Positions 14,430-32,224 of a stretch of DNA of 64,000 bases are shown piece by piece; position 1 is the stretch's first letter; every line of letters begins with the position of its first letter. Source of the DNA: the human T2T-CHM13v2.0 reference genome, Homo sapiens. The stretch is from NCBI RefSeq assembly GCF_009914755.1, contig NC_060927.1; one strand, 5' to 3'. The notes under the pieces were generated by a model. It was given only the letters and a program-made list of their open reading frames with translations. It searched no databases and had not been told where the DNA came from. The position numbers were made by a program, and so were the translations under genes.

Positions 14430-15190
14430 GTGAGTACATACTAGATGCTTCTTACTCTTATCATATCACGTCTGAGTAATGGTTTTGACTCTGGGTGGAA
14501 AACTGGGCGGAAGGAAAAAAAGATTTTATAGAACCCCAGGATTTTGCCTTCTAACACATTTAAACAGTTATGGCACATTAAATAATTTAATTCTTCAAGT
14601 GAGAATAAACCATATTTGTTAGGTGATTTTTAAACTAGTTTATACCCATTGTTTCCCAATTTGAAATCCTTAAATATTTGAGGCTCTCAGATAGTAGTAG
14701 AGGGGCTCCTTGGGGGAAACATTTTTATATTTCAGAGAACTTAGGCAATGAATCTTAGCTTTAAAAAAAGTTATGCAGGATATGAAAAATTGTAAATATC
14801 TTCAGCTTAGTTAAAATTAGGTATTCCTTTGTTATTTCATACTTCTAAGAAGTTCTGTGTATTATAACTGATAGTTATAAATCTCTGATTGCTTAATAAT
14901 AACTATGTAGATTACTTATGGATTTTACTTGTGGGATTTTAATTGTGAATCTCTCAAACATATAAATGGATTATATATTACATAGAAATAATGCCCCTTT
15001 GAGATATAACAATCATTTTTCAATATTGATAACTGATAAATGAGTAATAAACAGTTTTCTTTTGTATTCAAAATGTCTTGTACAAAGCTAAACTGATAGG
15101 TATTTGTTGTGCTTAAATTATTGCTACAAAATGTCAGAATTAGGTATACATCCCAAGAAGCTCAATTCAGAGATATTATTGTCTTATTTT

Positions 15191-15191
<1 letters not shown>

Positions 15192-15241
<50 letters not shown>
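15192..15241. repeat. (CA)n microsatellite
   Basis: About 21 near-perfect CA units. Confidence 0.95.
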
Positions 15242-15244
<3 letters not shown>

Positions 15245-18179
15245 TTGGAGCCAAAGGGAGAGGGAAGAGAGAGACAAGATGCCACTCTGATTCTCCAGAG
15301 AACTACCGATTCTCCAGTTCTCTCCCAGGTGGGGTCACCTCTGAGCTGGTTGTCAAGATTGAGTATAAACTCGGCTTCTGCTCTTCATTTGGCTTACATT
15401 ATGGACATCCCTCTGGTCCCTAGTGGGAATCACCCCTTGCTCTGAGAATATCAGAATGTGTCCTGGATGCTCTAGGCAAAAGGAAACCAGAGGTGACTAA
15501 ATTATCTTATCACCTAGGTCTTCTAGTAGCCAAATCATGAGCCAAAAAAACTCACCACATTCTGTTTCCATCACCTGGCTTACTCAGAAAGGTTAGTTCA
15601 ACTAGTAAAGACACAGAGTAAGTGTCATCTACAAAAGCAAGTATGCATCAATATGACTCTGCTGGTTGTTAACATTTTCATCTATTTATCTACTGGTTAA
15701 ATGTAGTTCTAGCTGTTCCTGCAGGTTATTACAGAAATGCCTCTCTACTGGTTAATTTCTCAAATACACTGAGTAGTCCCCTAAGCTCAGTATGTCAGGT
15801 CCATCTCCATTCTCCCCATCATTCAGCAACCAAAGGGATAAATCTTTGCATAAGAGGGGTATACAGAGCCTTTGGCTAGCACCCGTCTTTCTTGAGGGGC
15901 CCCTGTCTTCCCCATGCCAATGGATAGATATTTTAAATATAAGCCATGGCAGAGTCCATCCATATTCAAATACGTATCTTTCTGATTCTAAATTTCTCTT
16001 TCGTTTCCACTTTGCTTCTGGTCTCATATATTGATGAAAATCTTATATTTTTACATTCCTCATGATGATAAGTAAACTTAATTTGTGGAAAATACATGAA
16101 TTTTAAATGAAGTGCACTGAATCATTACTTTAATCTTGCTCACTGTATCTATAATTTCTCCCACTTGGAGCTAGATCCCAGACCAACCAGTATATGCTTT
16201 GCTTTGCTTCCGTTAATGGTATTTATACTTTGTAACTAATGATATTTAAAAGTTTATAACTTAGGTTTATTTAACTGTCTTCTATGGGAAAAAATGAGTA
16301 CTGCAATACTGTTGCTATATATTGCATGATTATGGCTTCTCATCTTCAGCTAACACAGGAATTTTAACAAATTATGATCATGTGGCAAATGGTTTTCCGG
16401 AGCGCTATATTTCAAGCTGATTTACTACCTTGTTTAAAATTGTAGCATCAATCTGTGTTACAATTATCTCTTAAGTCAAACAGAATTGTATAAAAACAAA
16501 CAAGAGCTCCTTATTTCCTATCTTATCATTCCCCTCTGGCTTTCTGACAATGCATTTATCAGGAAACTAATAGTTCCAAATATACACAGTAAATGAATCT
16601 AGGCAAAGTGGCAACCAAGATCAGGCCAAGACATTAAAAAATAAATGAGATTGATGCTTTGGCCCTCCCAGTTACAAATCACAGTTTAAGACAGATTCAG
16701 CAAAGGTGATAGAAGTTACTTACCCTAGTCTCTCTCCCATTTAAAAAAAATCACTAATGTGTTTATAATATGCACCACCAGGCATTTTATATATTTATTT
16801 CAGGATGTCTGTATCATTTTGTGTGCCTGGGGAGATAGAGGTCTTTGTTCTATCTTCAAATCTCCAGGGTAAGATATATAAGCATGATTAGAAGCAATGC
16901 CTTTTCTGAAGGGAGTGTTTCTTTGTTTTCCTTTATTTTTGTTCTTGTGAAGGTTAATGGACTGGTAGCCTTGAAAAATAAGCTCCCTACCACTGGAAGG
17001 ATATGGCTGTGACAGATATGATGCCAGGGTGCTTAAAATCCTCCTAGCCTCTATCTTTGACGTGGATATAAAGGGGAAGCATGAATGTGTCCCTTTTAAT
17101 TTAGTTTGTGAGATCGAGTTTGTTGATTCTTCTCTTGATGACATTGTAAAAGCATTGTGATGATCAAATGATAAGGCACCTTTTAAATTGTAGAAGATTA
17201 TGTTGTAAATTCGGATATTAGTTCTCAGCTCTCAATACTTTCACAAAGTATGTCAGTGAGATAAGAAAGTAGGCCACCATATAAAGATTGTATCTGTGAA
17301 TCCATCAGTCAAGTAAAGAAAGAATTGCAGATTACAACACAAAAATCTTCAAACTTATAACGACATAAATTGCTGCTTTTTGTTTTCTTTCACAGAATGA
17401 GTATATTCATCTTTTTTTTTCTTCTGGACAAAAACAATCATTCCACTAGTGGAATATGCATATCTGTTCATTCTTAACTGCCATTATAGAATCTGCCGCT
17501 TTCCACTATTCTATAGCATATAATGATCTCAGACTAGAATAAGGAGCACTAATAGAGAATGTATGTGGCCTTGGGGTTTGGAGGTCCACCTCTACTCTTA
17601 TTTTACTACTTGGATGAACTGATATCTGAGAAGCTTTTTCAACATTTCATCAAGACAGCAAAGTTCTGAGTAAATTGACATTTCCTCCCTTTACCAGTTT
17701 ACCCTATTGGAATTCAGCATGTGTATGTACAATTTCTATCATAAAATTGGATTCATTCACATGTGTGAAAATATTGCAATAGTGTGCATTATGCCTATAT
17801 ACCTTCACCCAGATTTCTCCTAGATTAATAATTTATTCCACGTGCTTTATCCGTCCCACCCCCATCTCTCTTTCTATGTAAATGTTACTTATTTCTGAAC
17901 CACTTGCAGATATTATGACCTTTTCCTCCTGAACACTTCAGTGACAATTTCTTTTTTTTTTTTTCTTTTTTTTTTTTATACTTTAAGTTTTAGGGTACAT
18001 GTGCACATTGTGCAGGTTAGTTACATATGTATACATGTGCCGTGCTGGTGCGCTGCACCCACTAACTCGTCATCTAGCATTAGGTATATCTCCCAATGCT
18101 ATCTCTCCCCCCTCCCCCCACCCCACCACAGTCCCCAGAGTGTGATATTCCCCTTCCTGTGTCCATGTGATCTCATTGT

Positions 18180-22030
<3,851 letters not shown>

Positions 22031-22066
22031 TTAGTTGATGCAGTTTCTTCCTAGTCTCGATGGTCT

Positions 22067-23083
22067 TTACATTTTGGCATGATTTTGCAGCAGCTGGTAC
22101 CAGTTGTTCCTTTCCATGTTTAGCGCTTCCTTCAGGAGCTCTTTTAGGGCAGGCCTGGTGGTGACAAAATCTCTCAGCATTTGCTTGTCTGTAAAGTATT
22201 TTATTTCTCCTTCACTTATGAAGCTTAGTTTGGCTGGATATGAAATTCTGGGTTGAAAATTCTTTTCTTTGAGAATGTTGAATATTGGCCCCCACTCTCT
22301 TCTGGCTTGTAGGGTTTCTGCCGAGAGATCCGCTGTTAGTCTGATGGGCTTCCCTTTGAGGGTAACCTGACCTTTCTCTCTGGCTGCCCTTAACATTTTT
22401 TCCTTCATTTCAACTTTGGTGAATCTGATAATTATGTGTCTTGGAGTTGCTCTTCTCGAGGAGTATCTTTGTGGCATTCTCTGTATTTCCTGAATGTGAA
22501 CGTTGGCCTGCCTTGCTAGATTGGGGAAGTTCTCCTGGATAATATCCTGCAGAGTGTTTTCCAACTTGGTTCCATTCTCCCCGTCACTTTCAGGTACACC
22601 AATCAGACGTAGATTTGGTCTTTTCACATAGTCCCATATTTCTTGGAGGCTTTGCTCATTTCTTTTTATTCTTTTTTCTCTAAACTTCCCTTCTCACTTC
22701 ATTTCATTCATTTCATCTTCCATCACTGATACCCTTTCTTCCAGTTGATCACATCGTCTCCTGAGGCTTCTGCATTCTTCACGTAGTTCTCAAGCCTTGG
22801 TTTTCAGCTTCATCAGCTCCTTTAAGCACTTCTCTGTATTGGTTATTCTAGTTATACATTCTTCTAAATTTTTTTCAAAGTTTTCAACTTCTTTGCCTTT
22901 GGTTTGAATGTCCTCCCATAGCTCAGAGTAATTTGATCGTCTGAAGCCTTCTTCTCTCAGCTCGTCAAAGTCATTCTCCATCCAGCTTTGTTCCATTGCT
23001 GGTGAGGAACTGCGTTCCTTTGGAGGAGGAGAGGCGCTCTGCGTTTTAGAGTTTCCAGTTTTTCTGTTCTGTTTTTTCCCCAT
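22067..23083 (-). pseudogene. L1 ORF1p, disrupted by a premature stop at codon 98 (CGA>TGA, 22790-22792)
   Basis: ORFs 22790..23083 (MGKKQNRKTGNSK...) and 22067..22627 (...NHAKM) are in the same frame. Confidence 0.95.
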
Positions 23084-23379
23084 CTTTGTGGTTTTATCTA
23101 CTTTTGGTCTTTGATGATGGTGATGTACAGATGGGTTTTTGGTGTGGATGTCCTGTCTGTTTGTTAGTTTTCCTTCTAACAGACAGGACCCTCAGCTGCA
23201 GGTCTGTTGGAATACCCTGCCTTGTGAGGTGTCAGTGTGCCCCTGCTGGGGGATGCTTCCCAGTTAGGCTGCTCGGGGGTCAGGGGTCAGGGACCCACTT
23301 GAGGAGGCAGTCTGCCGGTTCTCAGATCTCCAGCTGCGTGTTGGGAGAACCACTGCTCTCTTCAAAGCTGTCAAACAGG

Positions 23380-23986
23380 GACATTTAAGTCTGCAGAGGT
23401 TACTGCTGTCTTTTTGTTTGTCTTTGCCCTGCCCCCAGAGGTGGAGCCTACAGTGGCAGGCAGGCCTCCTTGAACTGTGGTGGGCTCCACCCAGTTCGAG
23501 CTTCCCCGCTGCTTTGTTTACCTAAGCAAGCCTGGGCAATGGCGGGCGCCCCTCCCCCAGCCTCGCTGCTGCCTTGCAGTTTGATCTCAGACTGCTGTGC
23601 TAGCAATCAGCGAGATTCCGTGGGCGTAGGACCCTCTGAGCCAGGTGTGGGATATAGTCTCGTGGTGCGCTGTTTTTTAAGCCGGTCTGAAAAGCGCAAT
23701 ATTCGGGTGGGAGTGACCCGATTTTCCAGGTGCGTCCGTCACCCCTTTCTTTGACTCGGAAAGGGAACTCCCTGACCCCTTGCGCTTCCCAGGTGAGGCA
23801 ATGCCTCGCCCTGCTTCGGCTCGCGCACGGTGCGCGCACCCACTGGCCTGCGCCCACTGTCTGGCACTCCCTAGTGAGATGAACCCGGTACCTCAGATGG
23901 AAATGCAGAAATCACCCGTCTTCTGCGTCGCTCACGCTGGGAGCTGTAGACCGGAGCTGTTCCTATTCGGCCATCTTGGCTCCTCC
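23380..23986. promoter_or_regulatory. L1 5'UTR CpG-rich bidirectional promoter (sense promoter on -, antisense promoter on +); YY1 site at 23969-23977
   Basis: CpG-dense L1 5'UTR with AAGATGGCC intact on the - strand. Promoter function is inferred from L1 biology. Confidence 0.75.
23539..23754 (+). CDS. LINE-1 ORF0 (71 aa, MAGAPPPASLLPCSLISDCC...RCVRHPFL), intact, on the EPHA3 sense strand
   Basis: 216-nt ORF inside track ORF 23470..23754 with strong Kozak (GCAATGG). Matches the known primate L1 antisense ORF0 peptide. Donor motifs CAG|GTGTGG (23644) and CAG|GTGCGT (23729) are intact. Expression is unproven. Confidence 0.8.
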   Translation: MAGAPPPASLLPCSLISDCCASNQRDSVGVGPSEPGVGYSLVVRCFLSRSEKRNIRVGVTRFSRCVRHPFL

Positions 23987-24967
23987 TGAGTCTCCATATA
24001 TTCCAGTGACAATTTCTTAAAAACAATAATGCTTTTACATAGTCTCAATATATTTATTAAAATCAAGACATTAGCATTGTTCTATACTATAATCTCATCT
24101 GAAGATACTAGTCAACTTTTGTTCATTGTTTCACTCATATCCAAATGGCAAAAACAAATTGATGTTCTGTTTACCTCCAGTTTCTATTTATAATAATAAC
24201 ATATACTGATATAATATAGTTCCCATCCATAAAAATAAATAAGTAATTTTCTGTAAATTCAAGGCAGATGCAAAAAAAAAAAAAAAAGTGGAGAAGGAAG
24301 AAGACCAACACTTATTGATAGGACTTTCCAGGTGCTGGATATGATGCAGGGAATTTCAGAGTTGCCATTCCATTCAAAAATGATCAGCAAATTATGATAT
24401 TTAAAAGAGAGAACGTGACTTCATTTTATGTAGATTTTCGATAGAAGGTGCACTAATTTATGTAAAGGAAAAGATCTTTGAGGCTGTTAGCTATAATGAA
24501 GGAATTCCTATCCTCTGCTTTAGACAGAATGACCTCTATTATCTACTTAATTTGATGATCAAAGACAACCTCCTTCTTTTCCCCTTAGATAAACGCCTTC
24601 CTTTCTTCTGGCTGAAAATTGCCATCCATTACATGAAGGGATTAAACTGGAAATCCAATAATTATTTTTGTTTTTAATTTATTTTTTGGCATTCTGGGAC
24701 TATAATTCAAAATGTTGTCACTAATATAATTTTAAACAATTAATTATTTTTGACCTTTAAGACCACCTATGGACTCACTTACTATAAAAAACGTTTATAG
24801 GCTTTCTCGTTCATGGTTTTATGGCCTTTTATTTCACAGAATAAAGCAATAGTATCCATTCGTTAAGAAAAGTAAATATCTTTAATAAATGTTAAATAAA
24901 CAAGATATACTTAAAAAAAGAACTGTAAAATATTAGAGCCCTTTGACTAAATTTAGAATCCACACTA

Positions 24968-25346
<379 letters not shown>

Positions 25347-28171
25347 TCATTCTGGAATATGTTTCCTCTAGCCACCTTATTTTTCTTTTGGAACTTAGTG
25401 TATGTAGATATGACAAAGAAATAACTCATGTTGAAGATATCAGTCAGGCTTCAGCATTTCTGAAGAAGCAAACATTTTAAAATAAAGGTAGAATAAATGC
25501 TTAGCTGAATCTGCCATTAAACTATGGCCACCTATTGGTATAGTCCCTATAGAACTGTATGTTGCCGTGTAATTATACTCCTTGGAAGTAAATTAAACAC
25601 CAAAAGGATCTACATGAATTCTTTCAGAACATGAAGGTAGACGTTTTTCAGCGCCAATGTAGCGAATCGGAAACTGTAAACATAATGAAAATCACCTAAC
25701 AAAATAATGAACATCATATGACTTTAGTAATGTTCTATGATGCATCCTTCTCTTTGTTTCATTTTATGATTAATGAAACCTAAAAATCAAAGTCTTAACA
25801 TTTTGTTTATCTCAACAAACAAATGACGTCTGAATTTGGCCCTGAGAGTATAAGTGGTTATATACATTATGATTTTCACAGTACATCATGCTTGACTGGC
25901 AATTCAGCTTCTTCCTGTTTTGAAATCAAGGCAGATACCTGTGCATCTGGGAATGTCACTGTGCAGTGATGTGTCATAGTGTGGCCAAGCCTTCCACATC
26001 ATTTAACACATTAATGATGCCTCTCAGCCATCACACCCTGGTATGGAGGCACATTGCGTAACTGTAGAATGAGCAATAAGCTGTAGCAAAAGCAAAAACC
26101 ATATATTGTCCTGACAGTTATTCAAAACCCTTATATGAGCTTAGAGGCCATAACAAAATGGAACATGAGCTAAGGAAGACAGTTGGAGAGCTTCATGAAT
26201 CTAAACTGAATTTTCATTCCGTCTTCATTTCTGGTTTTATATACGACTCTAATTAATGGAGAAGACATGTACGTGGAAGGGTATGATTACAACTTTCATT
26301 CAAGAGTTTTCACTAGAAAAAGAATATTAATAACCAGTTAGAGGAGTAAATATAGTGTTAACTAAAGCACATGGAAATTAAGAAAGAATTAGACTTTTGA
26401 TGCTAACTTGTTGTATGTTAACTATATTCCCCCAAGGGCAAAAAATATTTAATTCACAGAAAGTTTTCTCATCCTTATTTTCCAAGGAGAACATTTTTAG
26501 TCTCAAATCACAATAAAATCATATTTTATACTTTAAATGTGTTCTACCTCCCTAAAGTTAACTGAAATATAGTCCTTAGGATATAATAGCATCGTATGTG
26601 AGTAATTGAGAAATTTAATAAATGCAAGTATTTAGAAAGAAAGAAAATGTTCTGTTTCCAAAAGCAGATATATTACTACCACTGGCAAAACTCTTTCATA
26701 ATAAATTCTTAATTATATTTCAGCATCTCCCAAAGTGTTATCTCAGTGTGAATAACCATCATACAGCTCAGCATTCTGACTTTATAATCCTATCAATATA
26801 GTACCAGTGTTCAAATAGAAAAAAAAAATACATCCCTTTCTTAAGTGACTTTATAGATATCTATCAGGAAATTATTGCAATAAGTATCCAAATTACAAAG
26901 ACTATGACTATGAGGTATGGCACCCCTATAAGCAGGGGCCCTGACATTCTATACCATTCGCACCAAAGTAAAAGAATGCCAAGGCCAAAGAGGTGAGAAG
27001 TTCATATTTTCTGCTCCTTTTTATTATTATTAATTGCTGACCTAACTCTTCTTGACATGATTAGCACTGCACTCCAGTCCTTTATGTAATTATCTTATTC
27101 AATCTTACAACAATTTTATATGGCTATAAGTGAATAAGTGTCTTGTCCATGGCCGCACAACTCCAGAGCCCCTATCTACATATTCTTTTTCCTATGGGTT
27201 GCAAAGGAGAGGCTTTGCACAAAATCTAAGTAAGGCTGAAGAAAGAAATATATAAAGATGGTTATTTTATTATAGTAAAATCTTGACTGCCTGGTACACA
27301 GGTGGTGTGATTTCTTCTTTGAAATCAAAATTTCACATGATTGTATTTACTCTTAATCAATGCTAATTCAAAAGCACCCTCTTGACAATTCATCATCCAG
27401 AAATAACCTCTTACTCCTTTCCCTTTTCATTTCAATTGGAAAAAAAATAATTATAACAAATTGACAAAAAAAAAAAATCTGTCTCTGGTCACAAGTTTTT
27501 CCTAGGAAATAGCTTTAAAGGCAAGGCCATGTGCCTGAGTAAGAAGAGTTCTGGAATGTGTGTCCAAAGAGGTAAATATTCATCTTGATCCCACTCCAAT
27601 TGGGCCTCAGAGTAGGTCAGAACTATTGCTTTATCTTTCTGTGAAATGTAACATTTGGACTAGACCATTTCTAAGTTTCTTTCCAATTATATATTCTAGG
27701 AAACTAAGTTAATGCACATTGTATCATGTACTTAAGAAAAAATAATCCACTGTTTATAAGTGAAGCAAATATGCCTTGGGAAAAAAAGGTATTTGAAAAA
27801 CAAAGTGGAACAGGACAGTAGCAAAAGTCCAATTGTAAATTCAGGTACTGTCACTTAATAATGAAGTGACTATTTTTTGTATTTTTAAATTTGCTTTGTT
27901 TATGCATTCATTTGCAATTTTGTTTAGAAATGAATTTAAGGGAGTTATTGGACTAAACTTACTGGCATCTTTGTATCCTTTTTGATTATTGGTACAGTAA
28001 GTCCTACACATAGATTGTTGTGAGGAGTAAATAAAATGAGAGAGCATTTGTGACTGGGAAAGGGCTTGAATAAGTTGTGCTCTGTCTCCATAATGATCAT
28101 GCAGATCTTCCCGTGTCTGGGGGAAATAGAAACTCTTTTTTTTTTAATTAAAAATGTGAATAAATATATAT

Positions 28172-28874
28172 ATTTATTTTATTTTATTATTATTATACTT
28201 TAAGTTTTAGGGTACATGTGAACAATGTGCAGATTAGTTACATATGTATACATGTGTCATGCTGGTGTGCTGCACCCATTAACTCTTCATTTAGCATTAG
28301 GTACTTCTCCTAAAGCTATCCCTTCCCCCTCCCCCCACCCCACAACAGTCCCCAGAGTGTGATGTTCCCCTTCCTGTGTCCATGTGTTCTCATTGTTCAA
28401 TTCTCACCTATGAGTGAGAATATACAGTGTTTGGTTTTTTGTTCTTGCGATAGTTTACTGAGAATGATGATTTCCAATTTCATCCATGTCCCTACAGAGG
28501 ACATGAACTCATCATTTTTTATGGCTGCATAGTATTCCATGGTGTATATGTGCCACATTTTCTTAATCTAGTCTATCATTGTTGGACATTTGGGTTGGTT
28601 CCAAGTCTTTGCTATTGTGAATAGTGCTGCAATAAACATAGGTGTGCATGTGTCTTTATAGCAGCATGATTTATAGTCCTTTGGGTATATACCCAGTAAT
28701 GGAATGGCTGGGTCAAATGGTATTTCTAGTTCTAGATCCCTGAGGAATCGCCACACTGACTTCCACAATGTTTGGACTAGTTTACAGTCCCACCAACAGT
28801 GTAAAAGTGTTCCTATTTCTCCACATCCTCTCCAGCACCTGTTGTTTCCTGACTTTTTAATGATTGCCATTCTA
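28172..28874 (-). mobile_element. 5'-truncated L1PA (PA3/PA4-like) 3' end, ~0.7 kb
   Basis: ORF2 C-terminus ([18 protein letters not shown]...), 3'UTR and A-rich tail. No TSD visible. Confidence 0.93.
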
Positions 28875-29200
28875 GTAAGATCAAATTCTGATACATTTCT
28901 TTGGTGTGATTGGCTTAGGCCCCAAGTTTTTTTCAAAATCGCAATTCATGTCTATAATGCGTGACAATCCTCAATGTAATAGGTCATTCTCGTGTTGTTC
29001 GTTGCACACATATACATATGTATATATAATGTATGTATATCCATTGATTCTGTGCCATCACTGAGGTGCCCTACATAGGATGTAATGGAAATGACTGATT
29101 GAAAGTTATATATATTGGCCTATATCTCTTAGTTGGGCTAGAACAAGAACCAAAGGCACACATAAAATAAGAAATTGATAAGACTAATAAAAGGACAACC

Positions 29201-29674
<474 letters not shown>

Positions 29675-32013
29675 TTAATCACTAGACTGTTAGTGGTTGA
29701 CTTTTTCTACAAGTTTATTTTAATAGATTCACTGTAATTCCAAGATGAGAATGTCAGATGACCCCAAAATTAATTGTGCATACCATAGATATTTTAAAGA
29801 AAGAAAATTTTTGCATCTTTACTTTTATTTGTTTAGCTTATCACGCTATTTGAATATACTTTGTGGGCAAAGTTCGTCTATCTTTGTCCACCTAAGGAGG
29901 GCAATTGGGTATATATCCTCTAAAATGAAGTACATGTTATGGATATTTATACAGATTTTCAACATATCAAAGAATAACATTCTCTATTTCTGTTTCAAGT
30001 AGTAAAGCTTGTTTTATTTCTCTTCTATTGAAATGATTTCAAAAGGTTTTTCATAGTTGATATCTGGGATACATTGCCTACTGTTCCATTAACTCCCAGT
30101 TAAAATAAAACAACTAGGCTAAGAACATAGCATGCTTTTCTCTTGGTTTGAATTGATATAGTAAAAAACTTCAGTTTAATTTGACATTTTTATATCTGAA
30201 AAGTTTGAAAAAAATCCCATCCATCTTCCCTGAGGTATGTTTCCATTCTAAGCTGCTTTTACAAATTCTTATTATTGCAGATATAAGATAGATGTCCTTA
30301 TTAAAATCCTAATATAAAATGGCTAGAAGAAGAACTAGGTTTTACAACTATTCATATGTGTATGTGTTTATATTTGTATATTCATGTGCGTGTGTATATA
30401 TGTACATGTATAAATTAGGAATGTAAAGATCTAGAAATAATAAAGTTATAGAAGGTATATGGAGTCTAACAGATATGAAAGAAGAGAGACTTTTTTTTAC
30501 TAAAATATTTGAACAGGATAGTCTTTTTCTTAACCATCTCATCTGTTAAATAAGGGTTATGGCTACATTGAGATATTGTGAAGTCAAGAAAAAAGCATAT
30601 ATAATACCTTGTGTGGTGCTGGCTGCTTATTAAGTGATCAATACTTGGTAGTTAATATCTTTCATAAACATTTGGAACATTTAGCAGTAAATGTGGTCTA
30701 AAAAAAAACCCATTTAGATAACTCCAGGTTTTCTTTGGCAATAAATAACACACTCAATTACTTGCCTTTTTCTGTTCCCAAAGCATTGACTAAGCCCTTA
30801 GTATGAGCCAGTTACTATACTGGATCTACTGGGATAAAATGATGATTAAGATGTAGTCACTACTTTCAAGGAGCTCTCAATTTAGGACATCTTAAAGGTT
30901 TCATGAATACAGCATGAAGTTGATTGGTTTGGCCAAGAAAAGACAGGCAAAGCCAGCTGCCAAGAGAATTCAAAAAGCATCAACAGCTCAATGAAGCCCC
31001 CCAGTGAAAGAGATTGGTCTTGAATTCACAGATTATATGACATTAAGTATAATAGTTTTATCTTTTTTTCATTACTAAAGCAGAGGAAAAAAAGAAAAAC
31101 CTACTGATTACACATGATGCTAAAAAACTCGCATGCTGTCCCAAAGTTTTTCACTAAAGAGAAGGAAAGTAAATGAAATGCTTTAAGTTATGTACAAATT
31201 CGATGATAATTGCATGTGTATTTTAATGATCTCTCAAATGCATGTATCTGGTTTATGAAAGCACATAGAATATGTGAACTTATAACAATGGGACAAGAGC
31301 AAATGTTTAAAGTTGTGCAGTAAAACTCACCACATTAATCTGACTTATTTGTCTATCTGTCCATTTACTTACCTATTTGATTAAGCTTATTGTTATTAGT
31401 TTGGAATTAAATATTCTAGTTAAATAGACAGTTACCACATAAAGTATATAAAACTAGAATGCATTAAAATATAATCAACAGTAATTAGTATGAAAGTGAC
31501 TCCTTATTTCAGATAAAGACAATGTCTAAAGTTTAGAAATGTTTAGAATAATCATTTTAATTATGAATTATAATTGTTTTGAAGATACCTGGCCAGAATT
31601 TGACACTAACATAATAGTAAGTCAGGTTTTACTAGTTTGCTAATATTTGTTAAGACATACATGTTTACAAACCTTGCCTATTTGTGAAAGTTAAAAGATA
31701 TTGCTTTCTCTGTATGAAAAGTAAAAACGATTAAAATGAGTTTCAAAAAAGATATAAAGGAAAAATCCACTATTTTATCTATGTTAATCTAAATGCACAC
31801 TTTGTTGAGAAGTAAGAATTTAGCTGTCTTGTTGGGTAGTACTTAAGGAGATTTTATAATTTATGTACATTTCACATGTAATACTGGTATTTACACACTA
31901 TTTGCTGTATTTTTTAGCACTGTATGATGTTTTTTAAATTGTGATACATTTTCAGATAATATATATTCCTCTACTATCAGTAGCCATTTCTTCTTTAGAT
32001 GAACTGGCAAACA

Positions 32014-32224
32014 TTATATATTGTGTGTGTGTGTGTATATACGTTATATATTGTGTGTGTGTATATATATATACATACATATATACACATATATACACAT
32101 ATATACACATATATACACACATATATATACATATATATACATATATACACATATATATACATATATATACATATATACACATATATATACATATATATAC
32201 ATATATATACACATATATATATAT
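32014..32224. repeat. Compound (TG)n/(TA)n/(TATACA)n microsatellite
   Basis: About 210 nt of alternating purine-pyrimidine repeats. Explains the six low-complexity ORFs at 31941-32349. Confidence 0.95.
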
